From the NCBI GenBank assembly GCA_964016885.1, contig OZ024742.1, forward strand, positions 26,288,001 through 26,352,000: a stretch of DNA of 64,000 nucleotides. The letters are read 5' to 3'. Source of the stretch: Eledone cirrhosa. Taxonomy: Eukaryota. The notes below the pieces were generated by a model, which saw only the letters and a program-made list of their open reading frames with translations, had not been told where the DNA came from and ran no database searches. Shown here in pieces: positions 29,801-45,684 of this stretch (its first letter is position 1; each line of letters starts with the position of its first letter). Both the position numbers and the translations under genes were made by a program.

Positions 29801-32800
29801 TCATCACTATAAATATCACAATCATCACCATCACACTCCCCATCATTACTATAACCATCACAATTATCACCATCAAACTCCCCATCACCTCTATAACTAT
29901 CACAATCATCACAATCACATCCCCCTCATCACTATAACCATCACAATCATCACGATCACATTCCCCACCATCACTATATCCTTCACAATCATCACCATCA
30001 CACTCCCCATCATGACTATAACCATCACAATTATCACCATCACACTCACCATCATCACTATAATCATCACAATCATCACCATGACATGCCCCTCATCACT
30101 ATAACCATCACACTAATCACCATCACCCCCCCACCATCACTATAACCATCACAATCATCAACATCACATCCCCATCATCACTATAACCATCACAATCATC
30201 ACCATCAAACTCCCCATCATCACTATAATCATCGCAATCATAACCATCGCACTCCCCATCATCACTATAACCATCACAATCATCATCATCGCACACCCCA
30301 TCATCCCTATAACCATCACAATCATCACCATCACACTCCCCATCATAACTATAGCCATCACAATCATCACCATCACACTCCCAATCATCACTATAAACCC
30401 ACAATCATCACCATCGCACTCCCCTTCATCACTATAGCCATCACAATCATCACCATCACACTCGAAATCATCACTATAACCACAACAATCATCACCATAG
30501 CAATCCCCTTCATCACTATAACCACCACAATCATCACCATCACACTCCCCATCATGACTATAACCATCACAATATTCACCATCACACTCCCCACCATCAC
30601 TATAACCATCACAATTATCACCATCACACCCCGATCATCACTATAATCATCACAATCATCACCATCAAAGTCCCGACCATCAATATAACTCTCACAATCA
30701 TCACCATCACACTCACCATCATTATTAAAACCATCACACTCATCACCCTCTCACACACTATCATCACTATAACCATCACAATCATCACAATCACACTCCC
30801 CATCATCACTATAACCATCACAATCATCACCATCAAACTCCCCATCATCACTATAACCATCACAATCATCACCATGACATGCCCCTCATCACTATAATCA
30901 TCACACACCCATCATCACTATAACCATCACAATCATCAACATCACATCCCCATCATCACTATAACCATCACGATCATCACCAGCAAACTCCCCATCATCA
31001 CTATAATCATCACAATCATAACGATCGCACTCCCCATCATCACTATAACCATCACAATCATTATCATCGCACTCCCCATCATCCCTATAACCATCACAAT
31101 CATCACCATCACACTCCCCATCATCACTATAGTCATCACAATCATCACCATCACACTCCCAATCATCACTATAACCCCACAATCATCACCATCGCACTCC
31201 CCTTCATCACTATAGCCATCACAATCATCACCATTACACTCGCAATCATCACTATAACCACCACAATCATCACCATCGCACTCCCGTTCATCAATATAAC
31301 CACCACAATCATCACCATCGCACTCCCCATCATCACTATAACCATCACAATCATCACCATCACACTCCCGATCATGACTATTACCATCACAATCATCACC
31401 ATCACGCTCCCCACCATCACTATAACCACCACAATCATCACCATCGCACTCCCCATCATCACTATAACCATCACGATCATCACCATCAAACTCCCCATCA
31501 TCACTATAATCATCACAATCATAACGATCGCACTCCCCATCATCACTATAACCATCACAATCATCACCATCGCACTCCCATTCATCAATATAACCACCAC
31601 AATCATCACCATCACACTCCTCATCATCATTATAACTATCACACTCATCAACCTCTCACACCCTATCATCACTATAACCATCACAATCATCACAATCACA
31701 CTTCCCATGACCAATATAATAATACCAATCATAACCATCATACTCCCCATTACCACTATAACCATCACGATCATCACCATCACACTCCCCAGCATCACCA
31801 TAACCATCACAATCATAACCATCACACACCCCATCATCACTATAACCATCACAATCATCAACATCATTATTATAACCATCACTATAACCATCCCAATCAT
31901 CACCATCACCCTCCCCATCGTCACTATAACCATCACAATCATCACCATCATACTCCCCATCATCACTTTAACCGTCACAATCATCACCATCATACTCCCC
32001 AATATCACTATAACCATCAAAATCATCACCATCACACTCCCCATCATCACTATAACTATCACAATTATCACCATCACATCCCCCTCATCACTATAACCAT
32101 CACAATCATCACCATCACATTTCCCACCATCACCATAACCATCACAATCATCACCATCACACTCCCCATCATCACTATAACATTCACAATCATAACCATC
32201 ACATTCCCAATCATCACTACAACCTTCACACTAATCACCATCACACACCCCATCATCATCACCATAACCATCACAATAATCACCACCACATCCCCATCAT
32301 CACTATAACCATCAAAATCATCACCATCACACTCCCAATGATCACTATAACCATCACAATCATAACCATCACACTCCCCATCATCACTATAACCATCACA
32401 CTCATCATCATCACACTCCCCATCATCACTATAACCATCACAATCATCACCATCACACTCCCCATCATCACTATAACCATCACCCTCATCACCATCACAC
32501 TCCCCATCATCACTATAACCATCAAAATCATCACCATCACATTCCCCATCATCCCTATAACCATCACAATCATGACCATCACATCCCCATCATCACTATA
32601 ACCATCACAATCATCGCCATCACACTCCCAATGATCACTATAACCATCAAAATCATCACCATCACATTCCCCATCATCCCTATAACCATCACAATCATCA
32701 CTATCACACTCCCCATCATCACTATAGCCATCACAATCAAAACCATCACACACAGCATCATCAGTATAACCATCACAATCATCACCATCACACACCCCAT

Positions 32801-35800
32801 CATCATTATAACCATCACAATCATAACCATCATACTCCCCATCATCAGTATAACCATCACAATCATCACCATCACACTCCCAATCATCACTATAATAATC
32901 ACAATCATCACCATCACACTCTCCATCATGACTAAAACCATCATACTCATCAGCATCAAACTCCCGACCATCAATATAACTCTCACAATCATGACAATCA
33001 CACACCCCATCATCACTATAACCATCACAATCATAACCATCATACTCCCCATCATCACTATAACCATCACCCTCATCACCATCACACTCCCCATCATCAC
33101 TATAACCATCACAATCATCACCATCACACTCCCCATCATCACTATAACTATCACAATCATCACCATCACATCCCCCTCATCACTGTAACCATCACAATCA
33201 TCACCATGACACACCCCATCATCACTATAACCATCACAATCATAACCATCATACTCCCCATCATTAGTATAACCATCACAATCATCACCATCACACTCCC
33301 AATCATCACTATAACATTCACAATCATCACCATCACATTCCCAATCATCACTATAACCTTCACACTAATCACCATCACACACCCCATCATCATCACCATA
33401 ACCATCACAATAATCACCACCACATCCCCATCATCACTATAACCATAAAAATCATCACCATCACACTCCCAATGATCACTATAACCATCACAATCATAAC
33501 CATCACACTCCCCATCATCACTATAACCATCACAATCATAACCATCATACTCCCCATCATTAGTATAACCATCACAATCATCACCATCACACTCCCAATC
33601 ATCACTATAACATTCACAATCATCACCATCACACACCCCATCATCATCACCATAACCATCACAATAATCACCACCACATCCCCATCATCACTATAACCAT
33701 AAAAATCATCACCATCACACTCCCAATGATCACTATAACCATCACAATCATAACCATCACACTCCCCATCATCACTATAACCATCACACTCATCACCATC
33801 ACACTCCCCATCATCACTATAACCATCACAATTATCACCATCACACTCCCCATCATCTCTATAACCATCACAATCATCACCATCACACTCCCCATCATCA
33901 CTATAACCATCACCCTCATCACCATCACACTCCCCATCATCACTATAACCATCAAAATCATCACCATCACATACCCCATCATCCCTATAACCATCACAAT
34001 CATGACCATCACATCCCCATCATCACTATAACCATCACAATCATCGCCATCACACTCCCAATGATCACTATAACCATCAAAATCATCACCATCATATTCC
34101 CCATCATCCCTATAACCATCACAATCATCACTATCACACTCCCCATCATCACTATAGCCATCACAATCAAAACCATCACACACAGCATCATCAGTATAAC
34201 CATCACAATCATCACCATCACACACCCCATCATCACTATAACCATCACAATCATAACCATCATACTCCCCATCATCAGTATAACCATCACAATCATCACC
34301 ATCACACTCCCAATCATCACTATAATAATCACAATCATCACCATCACACTCCATCATGACTAAAACCATCATACTCATCAGCATCAAACTCCCGACCATC
34401 AACATAACTCTCACAATCATGACAATCACACACCCCATCATCATTATAACCATCACAATCATAACCATCATACTCCCCATCATCACTATAACCATCACCC
34501 TCATCACCATCACACTCCCCATCATCACTATAACTATCACAATCATCACCATCACATCCCCCTCATAACTGTAACCATCACAATCATCACCATGACACAC
34601 CCCATCATCACTATAACCATCACAATCATAACCATCATACTCCCCATCATTAGTATAACCATCACAATCATCACCATCACACTCCCAATCATCACTATAA
34701 TAATCACAATCATCACCATCACTCTCTCCATCATGACTAAAACCATCATATTCATCAGCATCAAACTCCCGACCATCAATATAACTCTCACAATCATCAC
34801 AATCACACACCCCATCATCACTATAACCATCACAATCATAACCATCATACTCCCCATCATCACTATAACCATCACCCTCATCACCATCACACTCCCCATC
34901 ATCACTATAACCATCACAATCATCACCATCACACTCCCCATCATCACTATAACTATCACAATCATCACCATCATATGCCCCTCATCACTATAACCATCAC
35001 AATCATCACCATCACATTCCCCACAATCACTATAACCTTGACAATCATCACCATCACACTCCCCATCATGACTATAAGCATCACAATTATCACCATCAAA
35101 CTCCCGACTATCAATATAACTCTCACAATCATCACCATCACATTCCCATCATCACTATAACCATCACAATCATCACCATCACATCCCCATCATCACTATA
35201 ACCATCACAATCATCACCATCACACTCCCCATCATCACTATAACCATCACACTAATCACCATCACACCCCCATCATCACTATAACCATCACAATCATCAA
35301 CATCACATCCCCATCATCACTATAACCATCACGATCATCACCATCAAACTCCCCATCATCACTATAATCATCACAATCATAACCATCGCACTCCCCATCA
35401 TCACTATAATCATCACAATCATCATCATCGCACTCCCCATCATCCCTATAACCATCACAATCATCACCATCACACTCCCCATCATCACTATAACCCCACA
35501 ATCATCACCATCGCACTACCCTTCATCACTATAACCATCACAATCATCACCATCACACTCGTAATCATCACTATATCCACCACAATCATCACCATCGCAC
35601 TCCCTTTCATCACTATAACCACCACAATCATCAGCATCGCACTCCCCATCATCACTATAACCATCATAATCATCACCATCACACTCCCCATCATGACTAT
35701 AACCATCACAATCATCACCATCAAAATCCCCACCATCACTATTACCATCACACCCCGATCATCACAATAATCATCACAATTATCACCATCAAACTCCCGA

Positions 35801-38800
35801 CCATCAATATTACTCTCACAATCATCACCATCACACTCCCCATCATCATTATAACTATCACACTCATCACCATCTCACACCCTATCATCACTATAACCAT
35901 CACAATCATCACCATCACACTCCCCATGACCAATATAATAATACCAATCATATCCATCATACTCCCCATTACCACTATAACCATCAGGATCATCACCATC
36001 ACACTCCCCCTCATCACCATAACCATCACAATCATAAACATCACACTCACCATCATCACTATAACCATCGCAATCATCAACATCATTATTATAACCATCA
36101 CTATAACCATCCCAATCATCACCATCACCCTCCCCATCATCACTATAACCATCACAATCATCACCATCATACTCCCCATCATCACTATAACCATCACACT
36201 CATCACCGTCATACTCCCCATCATCACTATAACCATCACCATCATCACCATCGCACTCCCCATCATCATTATAACCATCACCCTCATCACCATCACACTC
36301 CCCATCATCACTATAACTATCACAATCATCACCAATCATATCCCCCTCATCACTATAACAATCACAATCATCACATCACACTCCCCATCATCAATATAAC
36401 TATCACAATCATCACCATCACATCCCCTTCATCATTATAACCATCACAATCATCACCATCACATTCCCCTACATCACTATAACCCTCACAATCATCACCA
36501 TCACACTCCCCATCATCACTATAATAATCACAATCACCACCATCAAAATCCCCATCATCACTATAACCATCACAATCCTCACCATCACACTCCCCAGCAT
36601 CACTATAAACAACACGATCATCACCATCACACTCCCCATCATCACTGTAACCATCACAATCATAACCATCACACTCCCCATCATCACTATAACCATCACA
36701 ATCATCACCTTCAAACTCCCCATCATCAATATAACCATCACACTGATCACCATCACATACTCCATCATCACTATAACCATCACAATCATCACCATCACAT
36801 CCCCATCATCACTGTAACCATCACAATCATAACCATCACACTCCCAATGATTACTATAACCATCACAATTATAACCATCACACTCCCCATCATCACTATA
36901 CTCATCACAATCATAACCATCGCACTCCCCATCATCACTATTACCATCACAATCATCACCATAACACTCCCCATCATCACTATAACCATCACAATCATCA
37001 CCATCACACTCCCCATCATCACTATAACCATCACAATCATCACCATCACACTCCCCATCATCACTATAGTCATCACAATCATCACCATCACACTCCCAAT
37101 CATCACTATAACCACCACAACCATCACCATCGCACTCCCCTTCATCACTATAACCACCACAATCATCAGCATCGCACTCCCCATCATCACTATAACCATC
37201 ACAATCATCACCATCACAATCCCCACCATCACTATAACCATCACAATTATCACCATCAAACCCCGATCATCACAATAATCATCACAATTATCACCATCAA
37301 ACTCCCGACCATCAATATAACTCTCACAATCATGACCATCACACTCCCCATCATCATTATAACTATCACACTCATCACCATCTCACACCCTATCATCACT
37401 ATAACCATCACAATCATCACCATCACACTCCCCATGTCCAATATAATAATACCAATCATAACCATCATACTCCCCTTTACCACTATAACCATCAGGATCA
37501 TCACCATCACACTCCCCCTCATCACCATAACCATCACAATCATAAACATCACACTCCCCATCATCACTATAACCATCGCAATCATCAACATCATTATTAT
37601 AACCATCACTATAACCATCCCAATCATCACCATCACCCTCCCCATCATCACTATAACCATCACAATCATCACCATCATACTCCCCATCATCACTATAACC
37701 ATCACAATCATCACCATCATACTCCCCATCATCACTATAACCATCACCCTCATCACCATCGCACTCCCCATCATCATTATAACCATCACCCTCATCACCA
37801 TCACACTCCCCATCGTCACTATAACTATCACAATCATCACATCACACTCCCCATCATCAATATAACTATCATAATCATCACCATCTAATCCCCTTCATCA
37901 CTATAACCATCACAATCATCACCATCACATTCCCCTACATCACTATAACCCTCACAATCATCACCATCACACTCCCCATCATCACTATAATAATCACAAT
38001 CACCACCATCACACTCCCCATCATCACTATAACCATCACAATCCTCACCATCACACTCCCCATCATCACTATAAACAACACAATCATCACCATCACACTC
38101 CCCATCATCACTGTAACCATCATAATCATAACCATCACACTCCCCATCATCACTATAACCATCACAATCATCACAATCAAACTCCCCATCATCACTATAA
38201 CCATCACAATCCTCACCATCACACTCCCTATCATCACTATAACCATCACAATCATCACCATCACATCCCCATCATCACTGTAACCATCACAATCATAACC
38301 ATCACACTCCCAATGATTACTCTAACCATCACTATCATAACCATCACACTCCCCATCATCACTATACTCATCACAATCATAACCATCGCACTCCCCATCA
38401 TCACTATTACCATCACAATCATCACCATCACACTCCCCATCATCACTATAACCATCACAATCATCACCAACACACTCCCCATCATCACTATAACCATCAC
38501 AATCATAACCCGCACACTCCCCATCATCAATATAACCATTACAATCATCACCACCGCACTCCCCATCATCACTATAACCATCACACTAATCAACATCACA
38601 CACCCCATCATCATCACCATAACCATCACAATCATCACCATCACATCCCTATAATCACTATAACCATCACAATCATCACCATCACACTCCCAATAATCAC
38701 TATAACCATCACAATCATAACCATCACAATCCCCATCATCATTATAATTCACAATTATCACCATCAAACTCCCGACCATCAATATAACACTCACAATCAT

Positions 38801-41800
38801 CACCATCACACTCCCCATCATCACTATAACCATCACAATCATCACCATCACACTCCCCATCATCACTATAAGCATCACAATTATCACCATCAAACTCCCG
38901 ACCATCAATATAACACTCACAATCATCACCATCACACTCCCCATCATCACTATAACCATCAAAATTATCACCATCACATTCCGCATCATACCTATAACTA
39001 TCACAATCATCACCATCACATCCCCATCATCACTATAACCATCACAATCATCACCATCACACTCCCAATGATCACTATAACCATCAAAATCATCACCATC
39101 ACATTCCCCATCATCCCTATAACCATCACAATCATCACTATCACACTCCCCATCATCACTATAGCCATCACAATCAAAACCATCACACACCCCATCATCA
39201 GTATAACCATCACAATCATCACCATCACACACCCCATCATCACTATAACCATCACAATCATAACCATCTTACTCCCCATCATTAGTATAACCATCACAAT
39301 CATCACCATCACACTCCAATCATCACTATAATAATCACAATCATCACCATCACACTCTCCATCATGACTAAAACCATCATACTCATCAGCATCACACTCC
39401 CGATCATCACTATAATCATCACACTCATCACAATCATCACAATCAAACTCCCGACCATCAACATAACTCTCCCAATCATCACAATCACACACCCCATCAT
39501 CACTATAACCATCACAATCATAACAATCATACTCCCAATCATCACTATAACCATCACCCTCATCAACATCACATTCCCCATCATCACTATAACCATCAAA
39601 ATCATCACCATCACATTCACCGTCATCCCTATAACCATCACAATCATCACCATCACATCCCCATCATCACTATAACCATCACAATCATCACCATCACACT
39701 CCCAATGATCACTATAACCATCAAAATCATCACCATCACATTCCCCATCATCCCTATAACCATCACAATCGTCACCATCACACTCCCCATCATCACTATA
39801 AACAACACAATCATCACCATCACACTCCCCATCATCACTGTAACCATCATAATCATAACCATCACACTCCCCATCATCACTATAACCATCAAAATCATCA
39901 CAATCAAACTCCCCATCATCACTATAACCATCACACTGATCACCATCACACACTCCATCATCACTATAACCATCACAATCATCACTATCACATCCCCATC
40001 ATCACTGTAACCATCACAATCATAACCATCACACTCCCAATGATTACTCTAACCATCACTATCATAACCATCACACTCCCCATCATCACTATACTCATCA
40101 CAATCATAACCATTTCACTCCCCATCATCACTATTACCATCAAAATCATCACCATCACACTCCCCATCATCACTATAACCATCACAATCATCACCAACAC
40201 ACTCCCCATCATCACTATAACCATCACAATCATAACCAGCACACTCCCCATCATCAATATAACCATTACAATCATCACCACCGCACTCCCCATCATCACT
40301 ATAACCATCACACTAATCAACATCACACACCCCATCATCATCACCATAACCATCACAATCATCACCATCACATCCCCATAATCACTATAACCATCACAAT
40401 CATCACCATCATACTCCCAATGATCACTATAACCATCACAATCATAACCATCACAATCCCCATCATCACTATAATTCACAATTATCACCATCAAACTCCC
40501 GACAATCAATATAACACTCACAATCATCACCATCACACTCCCCATCATCACTATAACCATCACAATCATCACCATCACACTCCCCATCATCACTATAAGC
40601 ATCACAATTATCACCATCACACTCACCATCATCACTATAACCATCACAATCATCACCATCACACTCCCCATCATCACTATAACCATCACCCTCATCACCA
40701 TCACATTCCCCATCATCCCTATAACTATCACAATCATCACCATCACATCCCCATCATCACTATAACCATCACAATCATCACCATCACACTCCCAATGATC
40801 ACTATAACCATCAAAATCATCACCATCACATTCCCCATCATCCCTATAACCATCACAATCATCACTATCACACTCCCCATCATCACTATAGCCATCACAA
40901 TCAAAACCATCACACACCCCATCATCAGTATAACCATCACAATCATCACCATCACACACCCCATTATCACTATTACCATCACAATCATAACCATCTTACT
41001 CCCCATCATTAGTATAACCATCACAATCATCACCATCACACTCCCAATCATCACAATCATCACCATCACACTCTCCATCATGACTAAAACCATCATACTC
41101 ATCAGCATCACACTCCCGATCATCACTATAATCATCACAATCATCACAATCATCACAATCAAACTCCCGACCATCAACATAACTCTCCCAATCATCACAA
41201 TCACACACCCCATCATCACTATAACCATCACAATCATAACCATCATACTCCCCATCATCACTATAACCATCACCCTCATCAACATCACACTCCCCATCAT
41301 CACTATAACCATCAAAATCATCACCATCACATTCACCCTCATCCCTATAACCATCACAATCATGACCATCACATCCCCATCATCACTATAACCATCACAA
41401 TCATCACCATCACACTCCCAATGATCACTATAACCATCAAAATCATCACCATCACATTCCCCATCATCCCTATAACCATCACAATCATCACTATCACACT
41501 CCCCTTCATCACTATAGCCATCACAATCAAAACCATCACACACCCCATCATCAGTATAACCATCACAATCATCACCTTCACACACCCCATCATCACTATA
41601 ACCATCACAATCATAACCATCATACTCCCCATCATTAGTATAACCATCACAATCATCACCATCACACTCCCAATCATCACTATAATAATCACAATCATCA
41701 CCATCGCACTCTCCATCATGACTAAAACCATAATACTCATCAGCATCACACTCCCGATCATCACTATAATCATCACAATCATCACAATCATCACAATCAA

Positions 41801-43098
41801 ACTCCCGACCATCAATATAACTCTCACAATCATCACAATCACACACCCCATCATCACTATAACCATCAAAATCATAACCATCATACTCCCCATCATCACT
41901 ATAACCGTCACCCTCATCACCATCACACTCCCCATCATCACTATAACCGTCACCCTCATCACCATCACACTCGCCATCATCATTATAACCATCACAATCA
42001 TCACCATCACACTCCCCATCATCCCTATAACTATCACAATCATCACCATCACATCCCCCTCATCACTGTAACCATCACAATCATCACCATGACACACCCC
42101 ATCATCGCCTTAACCATCACAATCATCACCATCACATCCCCATCATCACTATAACCATCACAATCATCACCATCACACTCCCCATCATCACTATAACCAT
42201 CACAATCATCACCATCACACTCCCCATCATCACTATAACCATCATAATCATCACCATCACACTCCCCATCATCACTATAACCATCACAATCATCACCATC
42301 ACACTCCACACCATCACTATAACGAACACAATCATCACCATCACATTCCCCATCATCACTATAACCATCACACTGATCACCATCAAACTCCCCATCATCA
42401 CTATAACCATTACACTAATCACCATCACACACCCCAGCATCATCACCAGAACCATCACAATCATCACCATCACATCCCCATCATCACTATAACCATCACA
42501 ATCATCACCATCACTCTCCCAATGATCACTATAACCATCACAATCATAACCATCACACTCCCCATCATCACTATAATTCACAATCATCACCATCAAACTC
42601 CCGACCATCAATATAACTCTCACAATCATGACAATAGCACTCCCCATCATCACTATAACCATCACAATTATCACCATCACACTCCCCATCATCACTATGA
42701 CCATCACAATCCTCACCATCACCCTCCCCTTCATCAGTATAACCATCTCCCTCATCACCATCACACTCCCCATCATCACTATAACCATCAAAATCATCAC
42801 CATCACATTCCCCATCATCCCTATAACCATCACAATCATCACCATCACACTCCCCATCATCACTATAACCATCAAAATCATCACCATCACATTCCCCATC
42901 ATCCCTATAACCATCACAATCATCACAATCATACTCCCCATCATCACTATAGCCATCACAATCATAACCATCACACACCCCATCATCACTATAACCATCA
43001 CAATCATAACCATCATACTCCCCATCATTAGTATAACCATCACAATCATAACCATCACACTCCCCATCATCACTATAACCATCACAATCATAACCATC
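17886..43098. repeat. ~25-kb minisatellite array, consensus 42-bp unit ATCATCACCATCACACTCCCCATCATCACTATAACCATCACA, with higher-order repeats
   Basis: Continuous tandem units, an almost G-free plus strand, recurrent 41-bp variants (CACATCCCC) and a sharp right boundary at 43098. Confidence 0.97.
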
Positions 43099-43647
43099 TG
43101 CGGTAGTTTTTGACAGTTCAATTAGGCGTAAATCCAAGTTTTATATACTTCAGAGGAAGTATTTATCGAACAATAAATATTAACTGGGAATTCTGTGGGA
43201 GAATGGCACACACACACACATACACACAGATACACACAAACACACAGATACACACAAACACACACATACACTCACACACACACACTCACACGCATAGACG
43301 CGCACACATACGCGTACACACACATTTACATGCACACAAACATACACACAGACACACACACAGAGATACACCCAAATACACACACACTCACAGAGAGAGA
43401 GAAACACAGAGAAAGAGAAACACACACACACACACACACACACTTACACATGTATACACACACACACATATATAAACAAACACACAAATACATAAATGCA
43501 CACACAAGAGTACACACACATACACTCACGTATTTTTTTGCAATATATTTACAATATTGTAACGATACATACAGCTTTTTTTGCTTTTTCCCTCGCTCTA
43601 TCTTTCTCTTTATGTATATTTATATATATATATTTGTATATATATAT

Positions 43648-44491
43648 AATAGAGAAATTAATGTGACCAAGAAGCCAAAGTATTTCATACATATAAGTGA
43701 CTATTACGTCAACATGGAAAATATCTAACGTAAGATATGGAAAAAATAATTCAATCTCAATTCAAAAAAAAGTCAAGACAGAAATTTTATCCATAGATTT
43801 TGTGTAATCCAGGTAAGAAACCAATAGAGTCTTAACTCAGAATAAAATTAAGGGTAAATACTTATCCTTCAATTTGGAAACATTTACAAATGCTCTATAT
43901 ATTCTTAAAAAAACTATTTCACGAAACCTTTCAGTTGGGTTCACGTTTGGCACCGTTCATCAGTCGAGCCAACACGATAACTAAGAACCACAGCTAAAAT
44001 ATACCAAAAGGAAATTTAAAAGCAGGCTAGTTACACCTCGTGTGGTATTAAGATAATAAATACATGTAGAACAGGGCTAGTAACGTCAGAATGAGACGAA
44101 TGACTGTTAACAAGAAACAACAGTCAAAACATTCCGAAAAAGAACTCAACAAATGTATGGAGTTCAGCATAAAGCAATATTATCGGTTTTTTTTTTTTAA
44201 AAACCGGGATTAGTCACAAATAATTTTAAGCACTTTAAGAAAAATTCCAAGTATAAATATACATGAAAATAGAGAAATTAATGTGAGCAAGAAGCCAACA
44301 GTAATTCATACATATAGGTGACTATTACGTCAAGATGGAAATATTTAACGTAAGATATGGGAAAAAATAATTCAATCTCAATTCAAAGAAAGTCAAGTCA
44401 GAAATTTTATCCACAGATTTTGTGTAATCCAGGGAAAAAACCAATAGAGTCTTAACTCAGAATAAAATTAAGTGTAAATACTTATCCTTCA

Positions 44492-44493
<2 letters not shown>
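43648..44493 (-). mobile_element. Partial tandem (~1.4 units, period 620 bp) non-coding element with an internal HHR-like motif, flanked by (TA)n
   Basis: Diverged direct repeats at 43648-43873 and 44268-44493. HHR-like motif at 43921-43968 on the minus strand. Confidence 0.7.
43921..43968 (-). ncRNA. Hammerhead-like motif with one core substitution
   Basis: Reverse complement reads CGA-CTGATGA-ACG gtgccaaa CGT-GAAC-CC aactgaaa GG-TT-TCG. All three stems pair, and A15.1 is replaced by C. Confidence 0.6.
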
Positions 44494-44563
<70 letters not shown>

Positions 44564-44590
44564 GTATATAAAAATGTATATATATATATA

Positions 44591-45031
44591 TGAAGTTATA
44601 GTTCACTTGAAGCATTGTGTAATGAGGTATAAACGTTTGTATATGTAGAATAAAGCCAAAACAATGCAGGTATAGACATAGAATAAAAAATGCAAATGCA
44701 AAAGATATTGTTGACAATTAGTCTTTTACCTTAGATTTATTTAAATGTCCTTACTTTTCGAGATAATATCTCTTCTTCGGAGGGAAGTAAAGCGGTTAAA
44801 CCAGTCTTCTAAATACATGCCAAGTCAGCATGACTTGGCAAGCTATTTAGAACACTGGTTTAACCGCTTTACCTCCCTCCGAAAAAGAGATATTATCTCG
44901 AAAATTAAGGACATTTAAATAAATCTAAGGTAAAAGACTAATTGTCAACAATATCTTTTGCATTTGCATTCTTTATTCTATGTCCATACCTGCATTATTT
45001 TGGCTTTATTCTACATATACAAACGTTTATA
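44591..45031. mobile_element. ~400-bp foldback element between (TA)n tracts with an HHR-like motif in each arm
   Basis: Palindrome at 44628-45031, centred at ~44829 (GCCAAGTCA-gca-TGACTTGGC). The left arm is ~37 bp longer than the right. Confidence 0.8.
44749..44783 (-). ncRNA. Ultra-minimal hammerhead-like motif
   Basis: Reverse complement reads CCT-CCGAAGA-a-GAGAT att ATCTC-GAAA-ag-TA-AGG. The mirror copy at 44876-44910 (+) reads CCT-CCGAAAA-a-GAGATattATCTC-GAAA-at-TA-AGG. Confidence 0.5.
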
Positions 45032-45074
45032 TATATATATATATATATATAATAATAATAAAATGTGGAGAGGA

Positions 45075-45238
<164 letters not shown>

Positions 45239-45307
45239 AAAAAGGGATGAAATCGAAAATGCAACTGAAGTCTTATTTTTTTTTTAAATATATATATTTA
45301 TTTGGTT

Positions 45308-45345
45308 CCTTTACCGGTTTCGCAGTTCTTCTGCTTTTCAAAAGG
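45308..45345 (-). ncRNA. Minimal hammerhead ribozyme, U3-A8 variant (mirror copy)
   Basis: Exact reverse complement of 45421-45458. Confidence 0.75.
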
Positions 45346-45420
45346 TGAGTTGAGATGGAGGGTCTGTGGTTTTTCTCACATCAGATGTGAGAAAAACCAC
45401 AGACCCTCCATCTCAACTCA

Positions 45421-45458
45421 CCTTTTGAAAAGCAGAAGAACTGCGAAACCGGTAAAGG
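45421..45458 (+). ncRNA. Minimal hammerhead ribozyme, U3-A8 variant
   Basis: CCTT-TTGAAAA-GCAG aagaa CTGC-GAAA-CCGG-TA-AAGG, with perfect stems I and II and a palindromic stem III (ACCGGT). Confidence 0.78.
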
Positions 45459-45589
45459 AACCAAATAAATATATATATTTTTTAAAAAAATAAGACTTCA
45501 GTTGCATTTTCGATTTCATCCCTTTTTCTTTATACTTCCACTCGTGTAGGACACCTCGGTTATTTTTCATTTTGTAAAAAAAACCTCAC

Positions 45590-45681
<92 letters not shown>

Positions 45682-45684
<3 letters not shown>

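Noticed and set aside
17886-43098. CRISPR-like or telomeric interpretation of the array
   Set aside because: There are no unique spacers, no cas genes and no TTAGGG. The context is eukaryotic.
16712-43137. More than 100 long ORFs (MVMIV, ITITI, GGSV, HHHY and DCDGY repeats)
   Set aside because: They are by-products of a repeat unit that is a multiple of 3 and stop-free in several frames. They overlap on both strands and are broken by 41-bp units.
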